This document shows positions 17,607 to 28,779 of a stretch of 64,000 nucleotides of DNA, one piece after another (within the stretch, counting starts at the first letter, position 1; the number at the start of each line of letters is the position of its first letter). The notes beneath the pieces are model-generated. The model was not told the DNA's origin, did not search any database, and saw only the letters and a list, made by a program, of their open reading frames with translations. The stretch comes from an uncultured Gammaproteobacteria bacterium (GTDB taxonomy: Bacteria > Patescibacteriota > Microgenomatia > Levybacterales > UBA12049). The DNA is taken from NCBI GenBank assembly GCA_964416505.1, contig CAYQEJ010000002.1:968-64967 (forward strand). The letters run 5' to 3'. The position numbers and the translations under genes are program-made.

Positions 17607-19549
17607 TGAATATAAAAATAATTGATTCTTGGTTAAGAGAATTTCTGAAAACGAAGGCGAATGCTAATGAAATAGCTAAAGAACTTTCTTTAACATCGGT
17701 TTCAGTAGAACGTGTCGAAAAAAAAGGGAATGATTATATTTACGACATTGAGGTTACAACTAACAGAGCAGACCTTATGTGTGTTGAAGGTATTGCCCGA
17801 GAAGCATCTGCCGTCTTACCCCAGCAAGGCACTGCGGCAGAATATATTTCTCATAAATCTCCAAAGGTTGAAGGCGGAAATATTTCTTTTCCTATCGAAA
17901 TAATAAATGATCCAAAACTAGTTAACAGAATAATGGCAGTAGTTATGGAAGTTGAAATTGGAGAAAGCCCTAAGGAAATTAAGGAAAGATTGGAAACTAG
18001 CGGAATTAGAAGCTTAAATAATGTGATCGATGTCACAAATTATATTATGCGAGAAGTAGGTCACCCGGCGCATGTTTTTGATTATGATCTTCTAGATACT
18101 AAGAAAATGATTATAAGAGAATCTAAAGATGGAGAAGAACTAACAACTTTAGATGGCAAAAAATACAGATTAAGCGGCGGAGATATAGTAGCGGACAATT
18201 CGCGCGGAGAAATCATAGATCTTCTAGGAGTAATGGGAACAAAAAATTCTGTAGTTCAAAACAGCACTAAAAGAATATTATTTTTCTTAGATAATAATAA
18301 TCCTAAAAAAATTAGAAACACTTCTATGAATCTTGGAATAAGAACTGAAGCAGCAATAATAAATGAAAAGGGAATTGACCCCGAGCTAATGGAAGAAGCA
18401 TTCAAAAGAGGTGTTGAGCTTTATAAAAAAATCGCAAAAGGAAAAGTTGTTTCAAAAGTTTTGGATATTTATCCAAACAAATCAAAAACTCATATCATTA
18501 AAGTTTCAATAGAAAAGATAAACAAAATAATAGGCGTAGAAGTTCCTGTTAATAAATCAGTAGAGATTTTAAAAAACTTGGGGTTTGAGACAAAGAAAAC
18601 TGATAGATATTTAGAGGTAGTTGTACCAACCGTTAGATCCAGTGAAGTATTGATCGAAGAAGATGTCATAGAAGAGATAGCAAGAGTTTATGGATATCAT
18701 AAATTACCAAGTATAATTCCAACATTTTTAAACAATAAAAATAAAACTTATTTAGATAATTTTTTTATTGAAGAAAGAATTAAAAATTCATTAAAATATT
18801 GGGGATATACTGAAGTTTACAATTATTCACTTATTTCAGAAGATCTATTTGACGGACCCATAGAGAAAGCGGTAAAAATTAAAAATCCACTATCTTCCGA
18901 TATGGAATATTTAAGGAATAGTCTCATTCCAGGAATGCTTCAGGTTATAGAAAATAACAAAAGCAGAGACGTAATAAAAATTTTTGAACTTTCAAATACT
19001 TACCAGAAAACAGACTTACTCCCACAGGAAAAATTAATGCTTGGTGGAATTTTAAAAAAACCAAATGTATCTTTTTTTGAAATAAAAGGTGTTATCGAAG
19101 TTTTATTAGAAGATTTAGGAATAAAAAATTATAAATTTAAAGAAAGAAAAGATGAAGTAGGTGCATATATACATATTGGAACTGACGAATTAGGATATAT
19201 AGAAGTTTTAAGCGGGAATGTTTTAGATTTTGAACTTTCTATGGATGTAATAATCAAACATGCAACTCTTAAAAAAATATACAAACCTATCGCTAAATTT
19301 CCTCCCGTTGTTGAAGATATTACATTTGTTCTTAACGAAACATCCAATACGGAAGAGGTCATAGAAGAAATAAAACTTCAGAGTTTTTTAATATCTGACG
19401 TAACCCTTAAAGACCAATATGAAAATGCAAAAACATTCCATATCGTTTACCAAGCACCTGACAAAAACTTAACTAGCGAAGATGTAAAAGAGATTAGGGA
19501 ACAAATTATAAAATCAATTACCAATAAATTTAAGGCGATTGTGAAATAG
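17606..19549 (+). CDS. pheT: Phenylalanine--tRNA ligase beta subunit (short form)
   Basis: DIEVT.NR.D, NNVIDVTNY, D.IEEIARVYGY, NPLS...LR.SL. Confidence 0.95.
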   Translation: MNIKIIDSWLREFLKTKANANEIAKELSLTSVSVERVEKKGNDYIYDIEVTTNRADLMCVEGIAREASAVLPQQGTAAEYISHKSPKVEGGNISFPIEIINDPKLVNRIMAVVMEVEIGESPKEIKERLETSGIRSLNNVIDVTNYIMREVGHPAHVFDYDLLDTKKMIIRESKDGEELTTLDGKKYRLSGGDIVADNSRGEIIDLLGVMGTKNSVVQNSTKRILFFLDNNNPKKIRNTSMNLGIRTEAAIINEKGIDPELMEEAFKRGVELYKKIAKGKVVSKVLDIYPNKSKTHIIKVSIEKINKIIGVEVPVNKSVEILKNLGFETKKTDRYLEVVVPTVRSSEVLIEEDVIEEIARVYGYHKLPSIIPTFLNNKNKTYLDNFFIEERIKNSLKYWGYTEVYNYSLISEDLFDGPIEKAVKIKNPLSSDMEYLRNSLIPGMLQVIENNKSRDVIKIFELSNTYQKTDLLPQEKLMLGGILKKPNVSFFEIKGVIEVLLEDLGIKNYKFKERKDEVGAYIHIGTDELGYIEVLSGNVLDFELSMDVIIKHATLKKIYKPIAKFPPVVEDITFVLNETSNTEEVIEEIKLQSFLISDVTLKDQYENAKTFHIVYQAPDKNLTSEDVKEIREQIIKSITNKFKAIVK

Positions 19550-21785
19550 TTGGAGAGTTTCCGCTATCCCCAGATCCTGTAATTTCAGAAGGTGGATGAT
19601 ATAAAGAGTCATCTTTATGATTTTGCTCAATCCAAGCATCAATTCCTTGCTGCCATCTGTTAATTCCATCTGTCGAAACTGGATCTGATTCTCTTATCCA
19701 AAGATAGACTTTATCATCCTTTTTCTTATAAATTGGTGACTCCGAAGTTGGCTCAGTTCCCTTAACGAAATACTCTGATCTTGTTGGCTTCCCGGATGTA
19801 GGCATTCCTCCACCTACAGTATCTACCTGTACAGCAACCACATTATCTGGTTTTTTAAATTCTTCCTTTTTCTTTACTTCCAACGCTTCAAGCATTATTT
19901 TTCTCCAAATAGGGGAGGCTCCAGTTACACCCGATGCAATCGCAGGATTCATGGGGCTGTTATCGTTATTTCCAACCCATACTCCAACTACGACTCCAGG
20001 AGTATATCCAATTGTCCAATTATCTCTTTTTTCATCAGTTGTTCCTGTCTTTACTGCAACTCCAGGAATATTTAATGCTGAATTTGGACCAAATGCATCG
20101 CTTCTGGCATTATTATCTAAGAGAATATGAGATATCAAAAATGCTATTTCTTCAGATAAAACCTTTTGCCCTTTCTTTTCCTTATACTTATATAAAGTTT
20201 TACCTTTTGCGTCCTTTACTTCAAGGATAGTTACCGGCTCCTGCTTTATCCCTTTGTTAGCAAAAACACTATACGCTGTAACTTCATCCATCAGAGAAAC
20301 TTCACGTCCTCCAAGAACTAAAGAAAGCCCTACATTCTGCATGTTTGCGTTAGTCGGTTCCCAATTATCGAGACCCATTTCATATCCTTTCTCCATCACA
20401 TCTTTTATCCCAACTTTTGCAAGCATTTTTACAGCGGGTATGTTAAGAGAATTTCCCAATGCAAATCTTACCTGAACTGGACCTCTAAATTTCCCATCAT
20501 AATTAACGGGAGTATACATACCACCACTTCCATTTGGAAACTCAGTTTTTACATCCATAAGCATAGTAGAAGGTGAGTAACCTTTTTCAAAAGATGCTGC
20601 ATACACAACTGGCTTCAGAGAAGAACCTGGCTGACGATTAGCTAAAGCAACATTAAAATTCCCGTCAGATTTTTCGTCAAAATAATCTTTACTTCCTACC
20701 ATCGTAAGAACCTCGCCTGTTTTTGGATCTATTACCATTGCCGCTCCATTTCCCACTTTATAACCCTTTAGTTTTTCTATTTCTGTTTTTACGATATCTT
20801 CAGATTTTTGCTGAAGCTCATAATCCAACGTAGTTTTTACTTGAAGACCACCTGTCTCAACCAACGATTCGCCAAATTGAGAAGCCAATATTTGCTTTAC
20901 ATAAATTACGAAATGTGGCGCTTTCATAGAAACTGCATCTCTTTTTGTGAATTTCATTTTCTTAATTTCTTCAAGAGCTTTAGTTTCTTGATCCTTACTG
21001 ATATATCCCTGCTCGCGCATACTTTTCAGCACGACACGGCTTCTAGCAATATAGTAATCATTTCCTGAAAATGGTGAATATGCACTAGGACTCTGGGGAA
21101 GACCGGCTAGAAGTGCACTTTGTGCTAAGTTGAGATCTTTAACTTTTTTTCCAAAATATGATTCTGATGCAGCTTCTACGCCAATTGCTGTTCCTCCATA
21201 AGGCACATCATTTAGATACATTTCCAAAACCTCTTCTTTTGTATATCTCTTATCTACTTGAATAGACAAGACAAGTTCTTTAACTTTTCTAGGAAGTGAT
21301 CTTTCTGAAGTTAACAAAACATTTTTAACAAGCTGCTGAGTAATTGTGGATCCTCCCGTAACACGCCTTCTAAAAATTGGATCAATTACTAATCCTCTAA
21401 AATAACCAGTTATAGAAAATCCCTTGTTCTTATAAAAATTTTTATCTTCAACTGCTATTGTTGCTTCTTGAAGATATTTTGGAATCTCTGGAAGCTCTAC
21501 ATAAGTTCTATTTATATTTTCATAAACAGAATAAAGGGGGACGTCATTCCTATCATAAATTCTCGTAGAATTTTCTGCTTGGGCCTCAATTAATTTTCCA
21601 GGTTCTGGTAGATCACGACTAAACCAGAAAAACATGAGAACCATCATGATAATTCCCCCGACTAGTGCAATTAATGCATAACGAGATAATTTTGAGTAGA
21701 GGACTATTTTATTTGGAAGGCGACTACCACTTCGAGACCTTATTCGGGTTCTTTGCCTTCTGGAACGAGATCCATAATCGACCAT
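19530..21785 (-). CDS. Class A penicillin-binding protein (PBP1A family)
   Basis: EDKNFY and GGSTITQQLVKN transglycosylase motifs; SSLK, SLN and KTGT transpeptidase motifs. Confidence 0.95.
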   Translation of the reverse strand: MVDYGSRSRRQRTRIRSRSGSRLPNKIVLYSKLSRYALIALVGGIIMMVLMFFWFSRDLPEPGKLIEAQAENSTRIYDRNDVPLYSVYENINRTYVELPEIPKYLQEATIAVEDKNFYKNKGFSITGYFRGLVIDPIFRRRVTGGSTITQQLVKNVLLTSERSLPRKVKELVLSIQVDKRYTKEEVLEMYLNDVPYGGTAIGVEAASESYFGKKVKDLNLAQSALLAGLPQSPSAYSPFSGNDYYIARSRVVLKSMREQGYISKDQETKALEEIKKMKFTKRDAVSMKAPHFVIYVKQILASQFGESLVETGGLQVKTTLDYELQQKSEDIVKTEIEKLKGYKVGNGAAMVIDPKTGEVLTMVGSKDYFDEKSDGNFNVALANRQPGSSLKPVVYAASFEKGYSPSTMLMDVKTEFPNGSGGMYTPVNYDGKFRGPVQVRFALGNSLNIPAVKMLAKVGIKDVMEKGYEMGLDNWEPTNANMQNVGLSLVLGGREVSLMDEVTAYSVFANKGIKQEPVTILEVKDAKGKTLYKYKEKKGQKVLSEEIAFLISHILLDNNARSDAFGPNSALNIPGVAVKTGTTDEKRDNWTIGYTPGVVVGVWVGNNDNSPMNPAIASGVTGASPIWRKIMLEALEVKKKEEFKKPDNVVAVQVDTVGGGMPTSGKPTRSEYFVKGTEPTSESPIYKKKDDKVYLWIRESDPVSTDGINRWQQGIDAWIEQNHKDDSLYHPPSEITGSGDSGNSPTISQSP

Positions 21786-21840
21786 TTTGTATCATTAATT
21801 ATATCAAACTTCAAATAATTTATGCTATACTCAAGCCTAT

Positions 21841-22986
21841 ATGGACGATCTATTAACGAGGGGCGTAGCGAATATAATTCCAGGTCAAAATGAACTTGAA
21901 AAGGTATTAAAAACAGGCAAAAAACTAAACATATACATCGGCATAGATCCAACAGCAACAAAAATCCATTTAGGCCATGCATTGCCACTAAGAAAACTTC
22001 AGGAATTCGCAAAATTAGGACACAATATTACTTTTTTAATCGGTGATTTCACTGCTCTTATTGGAGACACATCGGATAAAGATTCAGAAAGACCTTCTCT
22101 AACCAGTGAAGAAATTAAAGAAAATTTTCAGTCTTACAAAGAACAAGCTGAGAAAATTCTGGATTTTTCAAAAATAAAAGTAAGATTTAATAGCGAGTGG
22201 CTTTCAAAACTCTCATTTGAAGAAATAATAAAACTTTCTCAAAATTTTTCCGTAGGTGATTTTGTTGGAAGAGAACTGATCAAAAAAAGACTTGCTGAAG
22301 GGAAAAGGGTAGGACTTCATGAATTTATGTATCCGGTAATGCAGGGCTATGATAGTTATTTTATGGATACAGACATACAGATAGGCGGAGCCGATCAAAT
22401 CTTTAATATGCAGGCGGGTAGAATACTCCAAAAGAATTTAAGAAATAAAGACAGTTTTGTATTATGCACTGATTACCTCTTGGGAACAGATGGGAGAAAA
22501 ATGAGCAAAAGCTGGGGTAATGCAATTTGGCTTAGCGATGAACCTAAAGATATGTACAGAAAAGTTATGGCAATAAACGATGATCAAATAAAAAATTATT
22601 TTGTCCTTGCTACCAACTTACCATTGTCAGAAATTCCATCAGATGAAGAAATAAAAAATAATCCTCTAGAAATTAAGAAAAAATTGGCAAACATAATAGT
22701 TTCCGATCTTCATTCAACAAAAGATGCAGAAATCGCAAGGAATTTTTTTGAAGGAAGAACAGAAGAAGAAATTCGAACTGTAAAATTTGATTCAAACCTA
22801 AATTCATCAGTTCTGGACGTAATTATAAACGCTGGATTATTAAATAGCTCTTCCGAAGTAAAAAGAAAGTTTTCTGAAAAAGGAATAAAAATAAATGATG
22901 AAATTCCAGAAAACTTGAAGACAATTCCACTCGAAGGAGATATAATTAGCGTAGGAAGAAATAAAATAAAACTTATAAAAAGCTAA
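21841..22986 (+). CDS. tyrS: Tyrosine--tRNA ligase
   Basis: GIDPT...HLGH, YPVMQGYD, GG.DQ.FN, KMSKS. Confidence 0.97.
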   Translation: MDDLLTRGVANIIPGQNELEKVLKTGKKLNIYIGIDPTATKIHLGHALPLRKLQEFAKLGHNITFLIGDFTALIGDTSDKDSERPSLTSEEIKENFQSYKEQAEKILDFSKIKVRFNSEWLSKLSFEEIIKLSQNFSVGDFVGRELIKKRLAEGKRVGLHEFMYPVMQGYDSYFMDTDIQIGGADQIFNMQAGRILQKNLRNKDSFVLCTDYLLGTDGRKMSKSWGNAIWLSDEPKDMYRKVMAINDDQIKNYFVLATNLPLSEIPSDEEIKNNPLEIKKKLANIIVSDLHSTKDAEIARNFFEGRTEEEIRTVKFDSNLNSSVLDVIINAGLLNSSSEVKRKFSEKGIKINDEIPENLKTIPLEGDIISVGRNKIKLIKS

Positions 22987-22987
22987 T

Positions 22988-23089
22988 ATGGACTTGGAAA
23001 GAAAACATAGAGTGATCCTTATAATAATTACATCGTTTGTAGTAATTTCTCTTATTGCATCCTCAATTCTTCCTTTTATAATTCAATAA
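22988..23089 (+). CDS. 33-aa single-TM microprotein
   Basis: MDLERKHRVILIIITSFVVISLIASSILPFIIQ exactly fills the tyrS-recG gap. Confidence 0.6.
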   Translation: MDLERKHRVILIIITSFVVISLIASSILPFIIQ

Positions 23090-23092
23090 TCT

Positions 23093-25111
23093 ATGTCAGG
23101 GCTTCAAACAAATATTCGCTCCCTGGGAGGAGTTTATAAAAGATATTCAACACTTCTTGAGAAACTGGGAATAATAAAACTGGAAGATTTTTTATATCAT
23201 ATTCCTTTTAGATATGACGATTATTCTTTAATTTCTAAAATCTCAGATATTCAAGCCGGAGAGATTGTAACGATAAGAGGGGAAGTAATTGACATAAAAA
23301 ATCAATATACTAGACGAGGCTTTACTCTTCAAAAAGCAAAAATAAAAGACGAAACAGGAACTATAAATGCCACTTGGTTTAATCAACCCTATATACCCAA
23401 AAGCATCTCGGAAGGGGATAAGATTTCGCTATCTGGAAAAGTAGATTTTAACGCGGGAAAACTTGAATTAAAATCTCCGGATTACGAAATTGGTGAAAAA
23501 GATTTTATTCACACAGGAAGACTTGTTCCCATTTATCCTGAAACCAGAGGACTAACTTCTAAATGGATACGAAGACAGGTCTTTAAAATTTTAAATGAAA
23601 GTAAAAATGATTTATCTGATTTTTTACCAAAAGAGATAAAAGAAAGAAATAATCTCGAGGATCTTTATGATTCTTTTAGAATGACTCATTTTCCAGAGAA
23701 TTTTGAAGAAGCAAAATTAGGAAAACAAAGACTTTCTTTTGATGAACTTTTTTTAACCCAAACTTCAGGTCTTTTAAAAAAAGAAGAATGGCAAAAAAAT
23801 TTAAAAGGTTATAAATTTAACTTTTTAAAACACAAAGAAAATATCGATAAACTTATAGAAGGTCTGCCTTTCGAATTAACAAACGCTCAAAAAAGAACGA
23901 TCGAAGAAATTTTCAAAGATTTGTCTCTGGAAAAACCAATGAACAGACTTCTTGAAGGAGATGTAGGTAGTGGAAAGACAGTCGTAGCTGCTATATCAAT
24001 TTATTTGGCATATTTAAACGGATTCCAATCTGTTCTAATGGCTCCAACGGAAATACTTGCAAACCAACACCTAAAGACTATTTCAAATTTATTATCTCCA
24101 TTAAAAATAAAGATTGGATTTGCAACAGGTGCAAAAAAAGAAAACATAGAAGACTTTGATATCCTAATTGGAACTCACGCAGTAATAGTAGAAAAAATTA
24201 AATTTAAAAAACTTGGACTTGTGGTAATTGATGAACAACAACGATTCGGAGTAGAGCAGAGGGGCATTTTAAGAAAAAAAGGGAGCAATCCTCATCTCCT
24301 AACAATGACTGCAACACCTATTCCTAGAACCATAGCTCTAACAATGTATGGTGAACTTTCGCTTTCAATTCTTGATGAAATGCCAAAAGGTAGAAAAATC
24401 ATAAAAACTTGGTTGGTTCCAAAAGAAAAAAGACTAAATGCTTACGAATGGATAAAAAAAGAAATAAAAGGGAAGGGAAGTCAGGTTTTTATTGTTTGTC
24501 CTTTTATTGAAGAATCTGAAACCATGCAGACAGTTAAGGCAGCAACTAAAGAATTTGAAGTTTTGAAAAAAAGTATTTTTAAAGATTTTAAACTAGCGCT
24601 CCTACATGGAAAATTAAAATCTAAAGAAAAACAGGAAGTTCTGACAGATTTTAGAAATAAAAAATTTGATATTTTAGTAGCTACTCCAGTTGTAGAAGTC
24701 GGAATTGATATCCCCAATGCAGACATAATCCTAATTGAGGCTTCTGAAAGATTTGGCTTATCGCAGCTTCATCAGTTAAGAGGACGTGTTGGCAGAAATG
24801 ATAGGCAAGCATATTGTCTTCTTTTTACAGAAAGCCTAAATCCTATGACCATAGAAAGATTGAAGGCGATGGAAAAAACAAACGTTGGAGCGGTTTTAGC
24901 TGAGCTAGATTTAAAATTAAGAGGCCCGGGGGAAATTTTTGGAACAGAACAATCAGGCAGAAAATTTTTAAAGATCGCTAATTTTTCTGATTTTGAACTT
25001 ATTAAAAAAACTAAAAAAGAAGCTGATAAAATTGTGAAAGAAATTGACAAATACGCACTTCTTAAAGAAAAAGTCTTAAAAATAAGCGGCAAAGAAGTCA
25101 GCCCTGATTAG
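23093..25111 (+). CDS. recG: ATP-dependent DNA helicase RecG
   Basis: GDVGSGKT, DEQQRFG, MTATPIPRT, QLRGRVGR, RGPGE..G..QSG. Confidence 0.97.
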   Translation: MSGLQTNIRSLGGVYKRYSTLLEKLGIIKLEDFLYHIPFRYDDYSLISKISDIQAGEIVTIRGEVIDIKNQYTRRGFTLQKAKIKDETGTINATWFNQPYIPKSISEGDKISLSGKVDFNAGKLELKSPDYEIGEKDFIHTGRLVPIYPETRGLTSKWIRRQVFKILNESKNDLSDFLPKEIKERNNLEDLYDSFRMTHFPENFEEAKLGKQRLSFDELFLTQTSGLLKKEEWQKNLKGYKFNFLKHKENIDKLIEGLPFELTNAQKRTIEEIFKDLSLEKPMNRLLEGDVGSGKTVVAAISIYLAYLNGFQSVLMAPTEILANQHLKTISNLLSPLKIKIGFATGAKKENIEDFDILIGTHAVIVEKIKFKKLGLVVIDEQQRFGVEQRGILRKKGSNPHLLTMTATPIPRTIALTMYGELSLSILDEMPKGRKIIKTWLVPKEKRLNAYEWIKKEIKGKGSQVFIVCPFIEESETMQTVKAATKEFEVLKKSIFKDFKLALLHGKLKSKEKQEVLTDFRNKKFDILVATPVVEVGIDIPNADIILIEASERFGLSQLHQLRGRVGRNDRQAYCLLFTESLNPMTIERLKAMEKTNVGAVLAELDLKLRGPGEIFGTEQSGRKFLKIANFSDFELIKKTKKEADKIVKEIDKYALLKEKVLKISGKEVSPD

Positions 25112-25150
25112 ATCTTTGCAAATAGCCGTGATTTAAGGTAAAATACGCAT

Positions 25151-25357
25151 ATGGCTGGTGAACCAAAAAGAAGACATTCTAGACAAAGGAAAGGAAAAAG
25201 AAGAGCGAGTATTTCGCTTAGCATTCCTAACGCAGTTGTTTGCCCAAATTGTGGCGTCATGAACGTAGCGCATGCAATTTGCAAGAATTGTGGTTTTTAC
25301 AAAGGAAAAGAATATATTTCTAAGTCAGAAAAGAAAACAGAAGTTGCCAATTCATAA
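25151..25357 (+). CDS. rpmF: 50S ribosomal protein L32
   Basis: PKRRHS..R..KRR, CPNCG...H.IC..CG.YKG. Confidence 0.95.
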   Translation: MAGEPKRRHSRQRKGKRRASISLSIPNAVVCPNCGVMNVAHAICKNCGFYKGKEYISKSEKKTEVANS

Positions 25358-25723
25358 ATGAAAACTGCGCTTGACCCTCGCCACAGGAGAAGGCAAAAAA
25401 TAGTTGAGGACCTCTTTAAAGTTGAATTTCACAAACAGCCAATTACAGCTCCCTCAAAAGAAGTCATGAACGAATTAAAACTGATTGATGAGAAAATCAC
25501 AGTTGCTGCACCTGAATTTCCAATTGATAAAATTAATAAGGTTGATTTAGCAATTTTAAGATTAGCAATATACGAACTTCTAATCTCGAAAAAAGAACCA
25601 CCAAAAGTTATAATTGATGAAGCCATAGAACTTGCAAAAGAATATGGTGGAGAAACAAGCCCTGCATTTATAAATGGTGCATTGGGTAAGATAATAGAAA
25701 ATGACAAATCTTCCAAAAATTAA
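25358..25723 (+). CDS. nusB: Transcription antitermination factor NusB
   Basis: [13 protein letters not shown]...[16 protein letters not shown]....FINGALG. Confidence 0.95.
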   Translation: MKTALDPRHRRRQKIVEDLFKVEFHKQPITAPSKEVMNELKLIDEKITVAAPEFPIDKINKVDLAILRLAIYELLISKKEPPKVIIDEAIELAKEYGGETSPAFINGALGKIIENDKSSKN

Positions 25724-26363
25724 TAATCAAATTCTTTTCGAAGAATCTCTAACTCATCGTTCTTATTTAAACGAATCGAAAATAAAAGTTAATTCTAATG
25801 AAAGATTAGAATTTTTAGGAGATAGTATTTTATCGCTTATAGTTTCAACTTATCTTTTTAAAAATTACCCTGAATACAACGAAGGAAAATTAACAAATTT
25901 AAGATCTCTTCTCGTCAACACAAAAACGCTTGCGGAAATCGCTTTAGAGTATGATTTAGGCAGCAGATTAAGACTTTCAAAAGGAGAAGAAGAATCTGGA
26001 GGAAGAAAAAATCAAAGCTTACTAGCTGATGCACTGGAAGCATTTATAGGTGCACTATTTTTAGATCAGGGGATTGAAGAAGCTGGAAAGTTTATTGAAA
26101 CAGCAGTAATTCCAAGAACTGAAGCATTTATTGAAAAGAATATGCTTAAAGATCCCAAGAGCTTACTCCAAGAATATATTCAATCAAAAAAACAAGGTTC
26201 TCCCTTATATAAAGTCTTGGTCGAAGATGGTCCGGCGCATGCACGAATATTTACAGTTGGTGTGTATGTAGGAGAAAAATTAATTGGTCAAGGACTGGGA
26301 AAATCAAAGCAAGAAGCAGAGGAAAAATCAGCAGAAAAAGCTTTAGCAGATCTAAAGAAATAG
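25701..26363 (+). CDS. rnc: Ribonuclease III
   Basis: [19 protein letters not shown], ds[11 protein letters not shown]. Confidence 0.97.
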   Translation: MTNLPKINNQILFEESLTHRSYLNESKIKVNSNERLEFLGDSILSLIVSTYLFKNYPEYNEGKLTNLRSLLVNTKTLAEIALEYDLGSRLRLSKGEEESGGRKNQSLLADALEAFIGALFLDQGIEEAGKFIETAVIPRTEAFIEKNMLKDPKSLLQEYIQSKKQGSPLYKVLVEDGPAHARIFTVGVYVGEKLIGQGLGKSKQEAEEKSAEKALADLKK

Positions 26364-26403
26364 ATTCTTTTCAAAAAGTTTAAAAAATGGTACAATTGAG
26401 CCT

Positions 26404-26634
26404 ATGTCATTAGTAATAAGACTCTCAAGAACGGGAAAAAGAGGAGAAAGAAAATTTAGAATTGTGGTTGCAGAAAAAAGATCGCGAAGAGAAGGCGATC
26501 CTATTGAGATGCTTGGATCTTTTGAAAAAGGAGCAAAAACATCTCCATCAAATCTTAAAAAAGACAGATTTGATTACTGGGTTTCTCAAGGCGCAAGACC
26601 AACTCCAACAGTTTCAGCTATCTTCAAAAAATGA
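26404..26634 (+). CDS. rpsP: 30S ribosomal protein S16
   Basis: IRLSR.GK....FRIVVA...R.G..IE.LG...YW.SQGA.PT. Confidence 0.95.
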   Translation: MSLVIRLSRTGKRGERKFRIVVAEKRSRREGDPIEMLGSFEKGAKTSPSNLKKDRFDYWVSQGARPTPTVSAIFKK

Positions 26635-26864
26635 ATAAAACACTAACAGAAATTATCAAAGGAATAGTAGACAAACCAGAAGAAGTCATTGTCAACGAAG
26701 AAGAAAATCAGGGAATTGTAAATTTGACAATAAAAGTTTCTCCGGAAGATATGGGAAAAGTAATTGGCAAAGAAGGAAAAGTAATAAAAGCTATTAGAAA
26801 TTTAATGAGAATTCCTGGTGTCTTAGAAGGCAAAAAAATTTATATAAATCTTGCAGAAAATTAA
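26631..26864 (+). CDS. khpA: KH-domain RNA-binding protein
   Basis: DMGKVIGKEG..IKAIR; syntenic after rpsP. Confidence 0.88.
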   Translation: MNKTLTEIIKGIVDKPEEVIVNEEENQGIVNLTIKVSPEDMGKVIGKEGKVIKAIRNLMRIPGVLEGKKIYINLAEN

Positions 26865-26884
26865 TTTTATTTTCTTAAGATTTT

Positions 26885-27550
26885 ATGAAAATTTCCATAC
26901 TCACATTATTCCCCCAAATGTTTCAAGGTCCCTTTGACTATTCCATCATTAAACGCGCCATAGACAAGGAACAAGTAGAGATAAATTTCATTGATATAAG
27001 AAATTTTGGAATCGGAAAACATAAAATAGTCGATGACAAACCATATGGTGGGGGAGTTGGTATGGTTCTAAAAATTGACGTTTTGGTAAATGCCCTAAAA
27101 AGCGTATTGGATAAAGATCTAGAAAAAGAGGAGCAAAAAATTATTTTAATGAGTGCCTCAGGAAAAACCTACAATCAAAGCAAAGCTAGGGAGTATTCAC
27201 AATTAAAACATTTAATTATTATTTGCGGGCATTACGAAGGAGTAGATGAAAGAATTTTAGAGTATATTGATGAAGAGATTTCGATAGGAGACTTCGTACT
27301 AACGGGTGGGGAGATTCCAGCCATGCTAATAATCGACAGTGTTACAAGGTTAATTCCTGAAGTACTTAAAGAAAATGCAACAAAATATGAATCCTTTTCT
27401 GAAGATCTTCTAGAACATCCTCAGTACACACGTCCTGAAGAATTTAACGGTCAAAAAGTTCCTGAAATTCTACTTTCAGGAAATCATAAAGAAATTGATA
27501 ATTGGAAAAAAGAAGAATCGATAAGAAAAACTAAGAAAAATAAATCCTAA
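26885..27550 (+). CDS. trmD: tRNA (guanine37-N1)-methyltransferase
   Basis: VDDKPYGGG.GM, CGHYEGVDER, SIGDFVLTGGE. Confidence 0.97.
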   Translation: MKISILTLFPQMFQGPFDYSIIKRAIDKEQVEINFIDIRNFGIGKHKIVDDKPYGGGVGMVLKIDVLVNALKSVLDKDLEKEEQKIILMSASGKTYNQSKAREYSQLKHLIIICGHYEGVDERILEYIDEEISIGDFVLTGGEIPAMLIIDSVTRLIPEVLKENATKYESFSEDLLEHPQYTRPEEFNGQKVPEILLSGNHKEIDNWKKEESIRKTKKNKS

Positions 27551-28260
27551 AAAGGTGACCCTGAAGTTCTCGCAGAAGAGGAAGCATTTTCTTCAAAAAT
27601 TATTTCCCCGGTATTTGACTCATTCCAGTTTTTAATTTCGTTTAAAACTTTGCTTTGCTCAATAGTTAATGCCTTAAGTAGATTTCTGCTCTCTCCCTCT
27701 ACGATAGGAAAGGGTTTATAAAAAAAACTAATAGTGATTGTTGAATCACCCAAATCACTCTGAATACCTGTAACTTCGGAGATTGGAAATGTCTTATATA
27801 ATTCTTTGATAAAAGGAGTTGTCTCTCTAGCATCTCCTAAAATTGTTACCCTAAAATCAATTTTTAAATATTTCGAAGGTGTAGTACCGGAAACATCTAA
27901 ATTTTGAAATTGATAATTTTCTATTTGAGTTCCAGATAGTGCTGCCGCAGTTGAAATACCATTCAAAATCTCTTCAAATGATTTTGTCACAGGAAGTGTT
28001 TTCGTAACTAATTTAAGATTGGAATCTAGCTCATCATTGTCTTGTGATACTATAATTTGCTCTGTTTCTTTTATTTTATTTAATTTTTCATTTTCCAAAT
28101 CAACAGATTGTTTTTTTGCGGGAAAAGAAATCAATTGGGGTAGAATAAAAATAAAAAATAATACTATTGATACACCAATCGCGACAAAAGGAATTAGGTA
28201 ATCCTTATTTTCATAATATGCTAACTGCAAACTTTCTTTATTTATTTTATTTATATTCAT
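27547..28260 (-). CDS. PilO-like pilus alignment protein
   Basis: N-terminal TM plus coiled coil; follows pilM and pilN. Confidence 0.6.
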   Translation of the reverse strand: MNINKINKESLQLAYYENKDYLIPFVAIGVSIVLFFIFILPQLISFPAKKQSVDLENEKLNKIKETEQIIVSQDNDELDSNLKLVTKTLPVTKSFEEILNGISTAAALSGTQIENYQFQNLDVSGTTPSKYLKIDFRVTILGDARETTPFIKELYKTFPISEVTGIQSDLGDSTITISFFYKPFPIVEGESRNLLKALTIEQSKVLNEIKNWNESNTGEIIFEENASSSARTSGSPF

Positions 28261-28779
28261 TTAATTGATCGTTAATGCTACTGTGTAACCATCCGAACCC
28301 GACGTAAGTTGATTTAGCGTAACGGAATTTATTTTTCTAGATTTTGAAAGCTTTAATAAATAATTAATATAATTATTCATATCTAACAGCGACCTAGAAG
28401 TTACGGTCATTGCCGCTGAAGAATTATCAATTTTATATTCTTGTATAGAAATCACGCTTGGCATTTCTTGAAATATTAATTCCGTCTTTTCATGATATTT
28501 TTTTCTTTGAGAAATTATGCTCGTAATATCCGTTACTCTTTGGTTGAGTAGAAAAATCTTAGAAGCTGTTTCATCATAGGTAGACAACTCTTGAATTAAT
28601 TTATTTTGCTGATTCTTTACATAGTTTACTGAAAATCTTAAATTTATTAAAAATAAGATTACAGATAAAAGCGCAGTTATAATAAGAGCACTAAAAGAAA
28701 TTGCTTTTATCTTTTTTAATCTTTCGTCTCTAGATCCTTCGGAAGTCTTCTTTGTAACTAAGTTAATATCAATGCTCAT
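28261..28779 (-). CDS. PilN-like pilus alignment protein
   Basis: DINL N-terminal motif, TM, coiled coil. Confidence 0.7.
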   Translation of the reverse strand: MSIDINLVTKKTSEGSRDERLKKIKAISFSALIITALLSVILFLINLRFSVNYVKNQQNKLIQELSTYDETASKIFLLNQRVTDITSIISQRKKYHEKTELIFQEMPSVISIQEYKIDNSSAAMTVTSRSLLDMNNYINYLLKLSKSRKINSVTLNQLTSGSDGYTVALTIN

